This document shows, piece after piece, positions 25,706 to 36,459 of a DNA stretch of 64,000 nt; within the stretch, counting starts at the first letter, position 1, and each line of letters begins with the position of its first letter. The position numbers and the translations under genes are program-made. Under the pieces are notes generated by a model. The model searched no databases. It was given only the letters and a program-made list of their open reading frames with translations, and was not told where the DNA came from. The DNA comes from Eledone cirrhosa (taxonomy: Eukaryota), in assembly GCA_964016885.1 (NCBI GenBank), contig OZ024741.1:170004001-170068000 (forward strand), given 5' to 3'.

Positions 25706-27509
25706 CAGTTAAGGATACCTAGAGTGATAAGTCCACAACAGCCAGCGTATGAGAAGAACACGGTACCAGTTAATGTTCTTGGAGTTTGCTGCAGGCCAGG
25801 CCACCAGGTGGACAGAAATATGGAAACGAAGTTAAGAGCAATTTAGAATTTGTTTGAGAAGACGCTCTCCCTGAAAATAGCGAATATCTCCATCATCTCG
25901 TAATTTATTAAGGTAGCGAAATTCCAGGATCGTTAGAGTGTCGGATTGAATAATTTACATTTGTTTATTCCTGTTCTTAACACTAGGAGTTCAAATCCTT
26001 CGAGGTCAACTTTGGCTATTTCTGAGTCAGTAAATAAAGTATAAGCCCGGGGTGGTGGATAAGCGGAATTGTTTGAGTATTTTGCGATGTCTTTTCTAGC
26101 CTTGTGTCTTCTGACTTCAAATACCGCCTCCTATTACCGGAAAAAGTGCTACTTGATAGGACTGGAGCTCTTCTAGAAATACAGGAGGCCAATGAAACCT
26201 GCTCAGATGTGAGCTGTACTTACCTTCGTCTCATCTTCAGACATTGCCTTCTATCACATCTAACACTAACAGACGTCTACTCTGTTGCTTCTTTTAGAAG
26301 AAAGGAGAATCGACTGCTCACTCCTTCAGTGTTGATGGGCTTAGTATAACGGGGGTTATTGGTACATAAATATACGCTGAGGCCACAATAACTGTAGAGA
26401 TTCCTAGACGGTGGACATGAGATTCCAAGTACATTTTCTCGCGGCTTAAGCATTTCATTGAACTGTAGGTCAAGCATAGACCGATGTGAATTTACTGTAA
26501 AACTCGACATATATTATGCTACGATATATAATACGCTATCATGTATAATACGCTATCATTATTAGCTACGATGTATAATGTACTACTGGATATAACGTGC
26601 ATTTGATAAAATAGAAAGGGTTAACTTGTCTTTACAAATCATAAAACCATGTATAACACGATGTTCAAGTGGCTAAACGTCCACAATAATTCAATACGAA
26701 ATGTATATATAATGAAAAATCGTCATACAATAACGTTTTATCACATTACACTGTTAATTAAATAAAAATGCGTGGGTGAGCATTTGCAGTTTAATACTAT
26801 TGTTACCTCAAATATTAATCTTGATCGTTTATACTATACATGAAGCTTGAGGGTGTCAGATGAGCTGATCACAAATATTACACGAGTGCTGGCAGTTTTC
26901 AGCTTTGGTCGCTATGGCGTAGGAGGCACTGCAACAGAGTAAATTCTCAGGAATGTTAATAGGGATTTTACCACCCTGTCAAGCCTTTATGCCGTCAAGA
27001 ACCATTTGATGAGTTGGGCGATAGGAGGTTTGTTTTCTGATAAATGTCATAATAGTTGGGTAAGGGTGTGGAGTTTGTTCTATTTGAATGGACTTAACTC
27101 TTTTGTCACAGTATTTCTGTTGAAATAATTTGTATTTTATTCAATTAATGAAGAATTAGAAAAGGATTTACGATAATCATAATTTCAATATGATGGTATC
27201 TGTAACAAAACAATGATTTAATGTATAATTATATTGAAAAGTTTTAATTAAAGTGGGAACCCTTTAAAATAGATTTTGTTTCATAGAAGCAGAAGCAGTT
27301 TTAGGTGGGTTTGTATCAAATGTGTTATCCGAAAGGCGCTGAAGTTGGTCAGAGACAACAACTAGAATGGAATCTGTTGTGTTCCCTTTAACTTCTTAGA
27401 ACCGATTCAGTGCATGTTTGTTTTAGCGGGTGGTCTTAAAGCCGTATTTCAATTTAAACCTCTTACCGTTTTGCGACGTTTCAATGTAATGCCAACTGAT
27501 CATTATCTT

Positions 27510-27693
27510 TGGTGGATTGGCAGTATCGGTAGAGGGTCGGACGCCATGCTTTCCAGCATAGTTACGTCCCTTTACGATCTGAGTTCAAATCCCGCCGAGG
27601 TTGACTTTGCCTTTCATCCTTACGGGGTCGATAAAATATAGTACCAGTAATGCACTGGGTAATTGCTGGCCTTGTGCCTAAAGTAGAAACAAT
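27510..27693 (+). mobile_element. Nin-SINE, full length
   Basis: ggtggattggcagtatcggtagagggtcggacg...gagttcaaatcccgccgaggttgactttgcctttcatcc; almost exact reverse complement of 6980-7165. Confidence 0.9.
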
Positions 27694-27924
27694 TATTTTT
27701 GAACCAATTCTAAGACAATATTATTAGAGTTATTATGATTATTGCCCTACTCTTTACATCGTGAGTTTAGACTCAGGCTCAAGGTTTAAACCCAGGGTCA
27801 AGATTTGCCTTTCATATTTCTAGGAGTGATAAAGTATGGCTCTATTCAAACATTAGGATCGATTTAATTGACAAATTCCTGAAATTTCTGATCATGTGTC
27901 TACATTAGAAGCAATAATTAATTA

Positions 27925-28262
27925 GGCCGTAGGAGGCCCATTGGAAGAATAGTTAGGACGTCGCATAGAATGCTTTGCGGTATTCGATCCGATCCTGCGC
28001 TCTGAGTTCAAACATTGTCAAGGTCAACTTTGCCTTTCCTTATTTCAAGGTTGATAAAAAAGTACAGAAGTTCGATTCTTCCTGTATATCTTTTTCTCGC
28101 ATACTCTCCATCACTCTCTCTTCTTCTTTGGAAAAACATCGGCGGTGTTCACATCTGGGAAGGGGATAGTCTCTGCTAAGTTTGAAAATGTCCAAAATAC
28201 ACAGTATGCTACTATCGTGTCCCTACGACCCTGTCAGGTGTCACAAGTCCATACATACATAC
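27925..28262 (+). mobile_element. SINE variant with 3' extension and (CATA)n tail
   Basis: B box gagttcaaac and Nin core; tail homologous to 7430-7625. Confidence 0.6.
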
Positions 28263-28299
28263 AATTAGGCCATAGATAGGCAGATTTCTTGTAAGGAGT

Positions 28300-28317
28300 A
28301 GTATTAACAGTAGAAAT

Positions 28318-28355
<38 letters not shown>

Positions 28356-28358
28356 TAA

Positions 28359-28420
<62 letters not shown>

Positions 28421-28448
28421 GTAGTAGTATTAGTAGTAGTAGTAGTAT

Positions 28449-28515
<67 letters not shown>

Positions 28516-28839
28516 CATCGTGGTCGTCGTTGTCGTAGTAATAGTAGCAGCAGCAGCAGAACCAGCAGCAGCAGCCACAGCCACATCAGCAGCAGCAACA
28601 GCAACAGCAGTAGTAGTAGTAGTAGTAGTAGTTTGGAGTATATCACTGATCAAATGAACGACTTGTAATTGGAGTAAAAGAATCAGGTTTGACAGGAAAG
28701 TGTAAATAGATTCAAATTGAAAGGAAAGAGACGTGATGTATCCATCCATCCATACAAATACACTTTCATACATACATATATATACATAAATACATAGATA
28801 TATACATAAATACATAGATATATACATATATATATATAC

Positions 28840-28883
<44 letters not shown>

Positions 28884-29050
28884 ACTACATACATATATAC
28901 ATAAATACATAGATATATACATAAATACATAGATATATACATAAATACATAGATATATATACATACATATATATATATATACATAAATACATATATACAT
29001 AAATACATACATACAAGCGTGAATATATGTGTATGTGTGTATGTGTGAAT
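28300..29050. repeat. (GCA)n/(GTA)n and (ACAT/TA)n microsatellite complex
   Basis: Direct reading. Confidence 0.9.
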
Positions 29051-29723
29051 ATGTGGTGAGGGTGTGTAAAGATAACTGGATGGTCTTTAATAAAGAACCT
29101 TAGACGAAGTCTGTTTACATATTAGACTCCTGTTACTAATTAATTTCTACTCTCATTACAAAGGTCAGACCGGTACAACAGATGATACTATCAATTATTT
29201 CGATGGATTGGCAGTTTCGGTAGGGTTACGGCCCTTTAGGGCTTGTGTTCAAATCCCGCCGGGATCATACGCCCACGGTATTTAAATGGTACAATCATCA
29301 ATTCTGCAGAGATACTCAAATTTGATCACGTAATTATGCAGGGCCCAACGTGTATGCCTTTACTTTTCTCGGCGTTTAAGCCTATGTTGAAATTGCAGAT
29401 TTATACTAATTTAAACCGGTATATAATCTTTATTGACCGTAATCTTATTGAACACTCATATTCATACCATAATCGTGCCTCATTAATTTGGCTTGACAGA
29501 GCATAATTAAATTAGCACGTAGTAACTAGAAGTAGGGGAATAAATGAATATTTTGTAATAGTGGAATTTAATTTAGCAGATAAATCTAATTAACACCGGA
29601 ATTACATCCGTTTGTTTAAAAACATAAACATTTAACTTTGTAACACCGAGATATGAATTTCGATGTTAAAATCTTACTCATACCCACACAGGGTTCTGTA
29701 TTAAATCCTTTATTTCCTTGTGT

Positions 29724-29763
29724 GCCTCTGAAGAACCTACTTGGGCGTAACATGTGTAAGAGC
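29724..29763 (+). ncRNA. Degenerate hammerhead motif (GAAA mutated to GTAA)
   Basis: gcct-CTGAAGA-acctacttgggc-GTAA-catgtg-TA-agagc; positional homolog of 20941-20982. Confidence 0.45.
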
Positions 29764-30044
29764 TTCTTATAAATATATTTTAACGGCTTGCTTCTCTTTC
29801 ATCAATTACTTCGATTATAATTGCTCTGCTTAAATTCGCACACTAAATATTAATACTTCTAATATTTAACCCTGTTTGCACAAGCATCGAGCACAAGGGC
29901 ACATGCTTATGGCAATTAATTATCTGTATCGTCTCTTTCTATAACGCTTCTTCTCTTCTCTCTATTATCTCTCACGATACTGTAACATTTTATTATATAT
30001 ATATATAATAAACTGTTATATATATATATATATACAATATAAAT

Positions 30045-30600
30045 GAACCAAATCCTACGAACACACGATATCATAAAGAGCAAAAGACAATCTAAGTCAA
30101 TGAAAAACACCCTAACACATGCCAAAGTATTGCCAACCACAACAACGAAACCCACAGTAAAAAAAATGCGATAGACCCAACTGTGGCATATGCATTAACC
30201 TAATAGAGGATTCGGAATTCTATTTCAAAGAAGGACAACGTTTTATAGTAAAACACAATTTCACATGCGCATCAGAAAATCTAATATATGTATTAACTTG
30301 CTCAGGTTGTCGAGAAAAATACATAGGCCAGACCAAAAACAGCCTCCGCCAACGCATGACTGTCCATAGATCCCAAATTAAAATACGGGACCACAGGAAA
30401 ATACCACTGAGTGAACACATTGATACCTGTGCCACCCAAAATCATCCCAACTTTAAAATCATCCCAACTTTAAAATCATCCCAACTTCAGAATCTTTCCC
30501 CTCTACAAAGTTAAAGATAATGCCACCCACACCCAGCACATCAGCAAGGAATCTCACTTTATTAACAAATACTGACCCCGTCTAAACACTTCTCCCTAAG
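30045..30600 (+). pseudogene. Penelope GIY-YIG endonuclease fragment (absent from ORF track)
   Basis: Manual translation KCDRPNCGICINL...HNFTCASENLIYVLTCSGCREKYIGQTKNSLRQRMTVHRSQI...PLSEHIDTC; 17-bp tandem triplication at 30438-30490. Confidence 0.85.
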
Positions 30601-31247
30601 ACGAACCCACAACATACACACGTCAACATACATACCTACATCAGCATACATCCTACATACATCTCTATCCCCATATAAACACAATGACATACGTAAACAC
30701 ACATGTTCTATGGTGCAACACAAATATACACAAATTTTCATACCTTTTGATGTCTATAGATATAAACGTGCCGATACACACATACATATACGCACACATG
30801 CATTGCACACTGATGGGCACATACATATTTGTACACAAGTATTCCAATACGGCACGGCCTAATGGATTCCCCTTGCAGTACGTACAATCTGGACACTCAC
30901 ACACACCTTGGTGTTATGACAATACTATATATCATTTCACACCTTTTATTATTAAGGTTTTTGATGTTCTATTGAGAGAATCGTTTTTACCGAAAATATC
31001 GAATAATGTACACCATTTTTACCAGTATCACAAAAATACTGGTCCACACACACACACACATACACACATATACACACACACATATACACACGCGTCCACT
31101 AACATACAAAGAGACATATATATACACACACACACTTCTCCGTATAAGACAAGAGCTGAAAAATATATTTTAACATGTTAAAATATCCCCCACACACGTA
31201 CAGACACATTCCTACTGTCCGATCCCTCTACCACGAATTACTCTGCT

Positions 31248-31280
<33 letters not shown>

Positions 31281-31393
31281 CACACACACACACGCACACT
31301 CACACACATATATATATATAAATAACAAAGAAGGTGTGGTAAATTACCAGGTGAACCAGAGTACTCGATACTTAGGGTAGTAGAGTGGGTAAT

Positions 31394-31515
31394 ATGAAAA
31401 GATTCAGGACCCCTACGGCTGAGCTCCGGCCGTTTCGACAGCTAGAACCGAACTAATTTTAGTCTGGATCTAGCTGTTGAAACGGCCGGAGTTTAGCCGT
31501 CGGGGTACTGACTCT

Positions 31516-31521
<6 letters not shown>
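31394..31521. repeat. Foldback inverted repeat beside (TA)n
   Basis: atgaaaagattcaggacccctacggctgagctccggccgtttcgacagctaga / tctagctgttgaaacggccggagtttagccgtcggggtactgactcttttcat. Confidence 0.88.
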
Positions 31522-31594
<73 letters not shown>

Positions 31595-31701
31595 TATAGT
31601 AATAATAATAAATTTGAAGACTAAAATCCAAAGGGGGCTCAATAAGGATAACTATATATCAAATATATAAGAACCGTAGAGCAAATATTTATTAAAATAA
31701 C

Positions 31702-31792
31702 AGATTAAAGTTTAAGCAAAGAATCGCTGCTTTCACCCTTAAGAAGATCCCGTTAAGGGTGAAAGCAGCGATTCTTTGCTTAAACTTTAATC
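31702..31792. repeat. Foldback inverted repeat; arm also present at 14929-14983
   Basis: agattaaagtttaagcaaagaatcgctgctttcacccttaa / ttaagggtgaaagcagcgattctttgcttaaactttaatct. Confidence 0.9.
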
Positions 31793-31850
31793 TATATATA
31801 TATATATACGATATATTAACAAATGGAAACTATATTTATAAAACCATATT

Positions 31851-31915
31851 TATTTCATTATACATATTTCAATGACACCAAGTTAAATTATGGTGTGCTT
31901 TCATCAGATAAAATA
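31851..31915 (-). ncRNA. Hammerhead ribozyme motif (minus arm)
   Basis: Reverse complement: tattttat-CTGATGA-aagc acacca taatttaact tggtgt catt-GAAA-tatgta-TA-atgaaata. Confidence 0.7.
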
Positions 31916-32005
31916 TAATATAGATCAGTTTTATAAATAAATATTGACATACCCTTAAAGAATGCGACCATTTCTGTTGGAAGCTCCTGGATATATTATA
32001 TATTA

Positions 32006-32070
32006 TATTTTATCTGATGAAAGCAGACCATAATTTAACATGGTGTCCTTGAAATATGTGTAATGAAATA
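32006..32070 (+). ncRNA. Hammerhead ribozyme motif (plus arm)
   Basis: tattttat-CTGATGA-aagcag accat aatttaac atggt gtcctt-GAAA-tatgtg-TA-atgaaata; 8-bp stem I. Confidence 0.7.
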
Positions 32071-33350
32071 AATATGGTTTTATAAATATAGTTTCCATTT
32101 GTTAATATATCGTATTTTTACTCCAATAATTTGTTGAGTGGTTTATATCAGTTATAAAAATATTTGCTTGTTGTATCCCAACGATTTAAATAGAACTTCT
32201 ACATATATATATATATATATATGTGCGTGTGTGTGTGTGTGTATATGATAACTAAAAACAATAGAGGCAAAACTTAAAAGTCGGAAAACATGGAGAGATA
32301 CGATGGCAGAGAATCGAACCTTGCTTCTCTCGTAAGCCTGCTGAGTGTATTAAATCATTATGTCTTTTACTGTCTCCAGGGTTACTTAACCCGATGACTA
32401 CATTTTCAAATATCAAATTTCTCACCACTTCGTAAAACAAACGGATGTTTATATCTATGTTATATGTAAGTCTGTACCACCCACCACACACACATATTCA
32501 CACCCAAGCTCATAAAGATATACACATATATGTACATAGCTATTATAGAATGATTGATTGTTTTCTCTATCGTAGATTTGTATTTAAGTTTCATAGTATA
32601 TAGTTACATATTTACCTTATGCTGTGGTAGTAGTTGAGACGATGATTATGATGATGGTGGTGATCGTGATGCTGGTGGTAGCGGTGGTGGTTTTAGTGAT
32701 GATGTGGTATGGACAGGCGGCGGTTTCGTTAGAGCTCATATTAGTGGTAGTATTGTTAGTGGTAGTTGAGAAGTTGCTTGTGCTGTGTGTAAATATGAAT
32801 ATCCCTCTGCATCCACCCTCCCTACCACATATCTGATGAAGAACAGATGCTATAAATTTCTATTACGGTGTTCTATACTTGCATGTTCATACTCACACCC
32901 ACACGCACATACTATAATGCATATTCAAGAAAAAAAATATATCGAGAATAGTCATATATATATTTGTTATATGAAAGTATGAAAGATAATTCGTAAAAGG
33001 CGTATGTCTCTCTTTCTCTATATCTCTTTGTATATATATATGTCCCACTTTTTGATGTCTGGCAAATAAAAAGAAAGTTATATATAATATTAAGGATACT
33101 ATTTATGGCTATGTATATACTAAAACTTTTTATAGTTATGTATATTTTAAACCCTAAACAGTGAAGGTCAGTAATTTATTACTACCTTATTACCAGTAAG
33201 ATAAATAGCTCAATGTAATGACATCAGTTGTTCTACAGAGCAGTTATATAGAATTCTATATATATATATAGAATTCTATATATCTATATATATATATAAT
33301 TATAATGAAATGACAGGAGGCTGGAGGTGTAAATCCTTGAAAGGTTTATT

Positions 33351-33408
33351 ATACTATGATCATTTCAATGACCGGGTTCCGTATGAATCCGGTGATATCA
33401 TCAGGTAT
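33351..33408 (-). ncRNA. Hammerhead ribozyme motif (minus arm)
   Basis: Exact reverse complement of 33788-33845. Confidence 0.78.
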
Positions 33409-33787
33409 TCGAAATATAATACGTGAATATAATAGATAAAATCATAGGGCTGAAAATCGAGGACCCGAGGGCGACCGCTATCTTGCACCCTCTACCTTAG
33501 CCGGTCGCCCTCGAGTGACGTGGCTAAAGCTCACAGTGTGCTACTACCGGTCAGATAAAGGAAAACAGAAAGGGATAGGAACATAAGTTACAAGACAAAA
33601 GAAAGATTTTATGTTCCCATCCCTTTCTGTTTTCCTTTATCTGACCGGTAGTAGCACACTGTGAGCTTTAGCCACGTCACTCGAGGGCGACCGGCTAAGG
33701 TAGAGGGTGCAAGATAGCGGTCGCCCTCGGGTCCTCGATTTTCAGCCCCATGGATTTTATCTATTACATTCACGTATTATATTTCGA

Positions 33788-33845
33788 ATACCTGATGATA
33801 TCACCGGATTCATACGGAACCCGGTCATTGAAATGATCATAGTAT
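33788..33845 (+). ncRNA. Hammerhead ribozyme motif (plus arm)
   Basis: atac-CTGATGA-tatc accgg attcatacggaac ccggt catt-GAAA-tgatca(palindrome)-TA-gtat, then AATAAA. Confidence 0.8.
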
Positions 33846-34102
33846 AATAAACCTTTCAAGGATTTACACAAATCCAGCCTCCTGTCATTTCATTATAATA
33901 TTTAACTCTGTAATAGCACCACCAACTACAAAAACAAAGACGGTTGAACTGCTTTACGTTGAGTACTCTCTATATTATTACAATACGGTTGACCATACGG
34001 AATAGACCAGCTCTATACAGTGGTGAACCTCAAACCTGAATATATATATATATATGTCTTTTCTTGTGAAAATGGGTATAGCTTTCATTATGTAAAATCT
34101 TC

Positions 34103-34170
<68 letters not shown>

Positions 34171-34216
34171 GTGAGGTTTTATTTAAAATAACCGAGGTGT
34201 CCTACACAAGTGAAAG

Positions 34217-34356
34217 TATAAAGAAAAAATGATGAAATCGAAAATTCAACTGGAGTCTTATTTTAAAAAAAATATAAGGAACCAAATAAATATATATATT
34301 TTTAAAAAAATAAGACTCCAGTTGCATTTTCGATTTCATCTTTTTTTCTTTATATA
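34217..34356. repeat. Foldback inverted repeat beside (TA)n
   Basis: tataaagaaaaaatgatgaaatcgaaaattcaactggagtcttattt / aaataagactccagttgcattttcgatttcatcttttttctttata. Confidence 0.85.
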
Positions 34357-34432
34357 TATATATATATAGTGGTGGAACACTGGAAGGTAATATCCGTAGT
34401 GGTAGAGCACTCAGTCCATGGGACGAGTTAGG

Positions 34433-34547
34433 TAGAAGTGGTTACACAACAGTTAGTTCACCATACCGAGAACAATTGTTTCACCTTAGCGGATCCTCAG
34501 CTCGTAATGGGCATGGTTATTATGTGAACTAACTGTTGTGTAACCAC

Positions 34548-34552
<5 letters not shown>
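34433..34552. repeat. 28-bp inverted arms enclosing a hammerhead
   Basis: tagaagtggttacacaacagttagttcac / gtgaactaactgttgtgtaaccacttcta. Confidence 0.88.
34461..34510 (-). ncRNA. Hammerhead ribozyme motif
   Basis: Reverse complement: ccattacgag-CTGAGGA-t cc gctaa gg t-GAAA-caattg(palindrome)-TT-ctcggtatgg. Confidence 0.72.
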
Positions 34553-34596
<44 letters not shown>

Positions 34597-34748
34597 TACT
34601 TGTCTCACTCGCTTTACGCGTTTCACTTGTCCCAATAGCTTATTTTAATGCGATGAAATACCAATGATGGTTGGCAAATCACTGATGAGGGACTAATTTT
34701 ATAATATGTAATCCATGTGCAACCATGCAGTATTCTTCTCCCCATGTT

Positions 34749-34793
<45 letters not shown>

Positions 34794-35366
34794 TATATAT
34801 ATATATAGAGTCATATATGTGAGTGCGTGTGTGTGCGAGCGCGCATATACTAGCATAGTACCCGTCATAAATGATTGGGTTTCTAGTATAGTGGTAAGAA
34901 ACTCTCAGGAGAGCTGGACAGTAGAAGGTCACCAGAGAAGAAAGCCGCCTCATGCAAGTGTTTACAATCTTCTATGTAAAGATGATAGAATCTTTGATTC
35001 ATACGATCATCCTCTTGACACATCATCCATCGTCTATTTCATTTTGTATTCCTTTAAATCAATTACAATAATTTCCCCCATATTTTCTTGAATATTATAT
35101 CCACTAAATAACGTGTATAATGCAATAGATTGAAATTATTGCAAGTATTTTGCAAAGACCTAAGTAGTTGGACAATAATTGAACAATATTTTCTCTAGGC
35201 GTTCATAAACTTTGTCAATGGCTGTATATTAACAGTCACATGTAACACTGCATTATTAGCCGTTTCAAAAACGTCTGTGTCATCAGATACTTAGTTACCT
35301 CTGATGATATTAGAGGTGTTTACATCTTTAAGCCACTGGTAATACGGAATTAAATCAAACTATTAA

Positions 35367-35555
35367 CAGACCTGTCAACTCTCTGTTCACAAGAGAAGAC
35401 ATCTCCCATCCACTTTGGGTAGGTGAGAGATGTATTTTCTTGTGAAAATGGGTATAGCTTTCATTATGTAAAATCTTCCCATTTTGCCTCATTCTCCTCG
35501 TTTTGGGGCACTTCATTGTGCACTCAGTTTGGGTTTTTAGAGGTTGGCAGGTCTG
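35367..35555. mobile_element. MITE with CAGACCTG(T/C)CAAC TIRs, copy 2
   Basis: cagacctgtcaac...gttggcaggtctg; flanks tattaa/tattat; internal homology to 8442-8636. Confidence 0.82.
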
Positions 35556-36098
35556 TATTATCTAGATTCTTTTAATTTCCACATCATCTTTTGATTATTA
35601 TGTATTTTATTTATCATTCTGTGTTGGATATAATTCATGGATTGTATTGAACCAAATACTCTAAAATCACCTATTATGGTGTCGATAACAAACATAAGGT
35701 AACTGTTACCTTAATCCAAAAATACCTGCTAAAATTCTTACATCTAGTAATATGAATGGGCTATGTTAGGAGATGTGAAGATGTCCTGACATAAATAATA
35801 TTTCAAATACTATATCTCGTTAGAATAACTACTCATCCTAGGTGAAGATATTCATTATTCAAGTAACTAAATGTCTCAGGAAAGGATCGCTGGACATATT
35901 TTACGGGCGAAACCAGCCGGTAAGAGACCCAGGTGTTGATTTCGAGCAAGATGGTTGAATAACATCCATGAGCTTGGCTGGTTACGATTGGGGATCCAGC
36001 CGGATCAGTTAGAGACGGTTGCTTTTCTGACTGGACTCGCATGAGGGAGTGTTTGAAAACTCTTCCCCCACGACCCTTTCAGGAATAAGTGGACGAAT

Positions 36099-36199
<101 letters not shown>

Positions 36200-36459
36200 T
36201 TTCTTTATTAACCACAAGGGTTTACATAAAGTAGACATTAAGGACAGTGCAGGACAATGCAGGACGGTACAAATGGGCATTTCTGCGTGTAAAAAAACAA
36301 AAACAGAGGATGTAACAAAAATAACAATGAAAATAACAATGAAAAATTCCCCAATAGGGGGGAGACTTCGGAGGGACATTTGTGGAGAAAGCCCAGTAAA
36401 AAGCCACAATGACCCTGACCACCAAGGCAAGTGCCCTCTCCCAGTTTTCCACCTTTAGT

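Larger units (their letters stand above)
31806..32115. repeat. Foldback inverted repeat (~115-bp arms) with a hammerhead in each arm
   Basis: atacgatatattaacaaatggaaac... / ...gtttccatttgttaatatatcgtat. Confidence 0.88.
33299..33900. repeat. Large near-perfect foldback (~290-bp arms, ~20-nt loop), Penelope pLTR-derived
   Basis: 33299-33588 is the reverse complement of 33608-33900; plus arm continues into unique sequence to ~34040. Confidence 0.92.

Noticed and set aside
26040-27080. Higher-complexity stretches with short ORFs
   Set aside because: No motif recognised; probably old TE debris
27094-27328. Possible TTAA-flanked piggyBac-like MITE
   Set aside because: TIRs too degenerate to support by eye
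31394-31521. Hammerhead in the first foldback (GAAA-cggccg)
   Set aside because: CUGANGA half is absent and there is no UH after the palindrome; kept only as an inverted repeat
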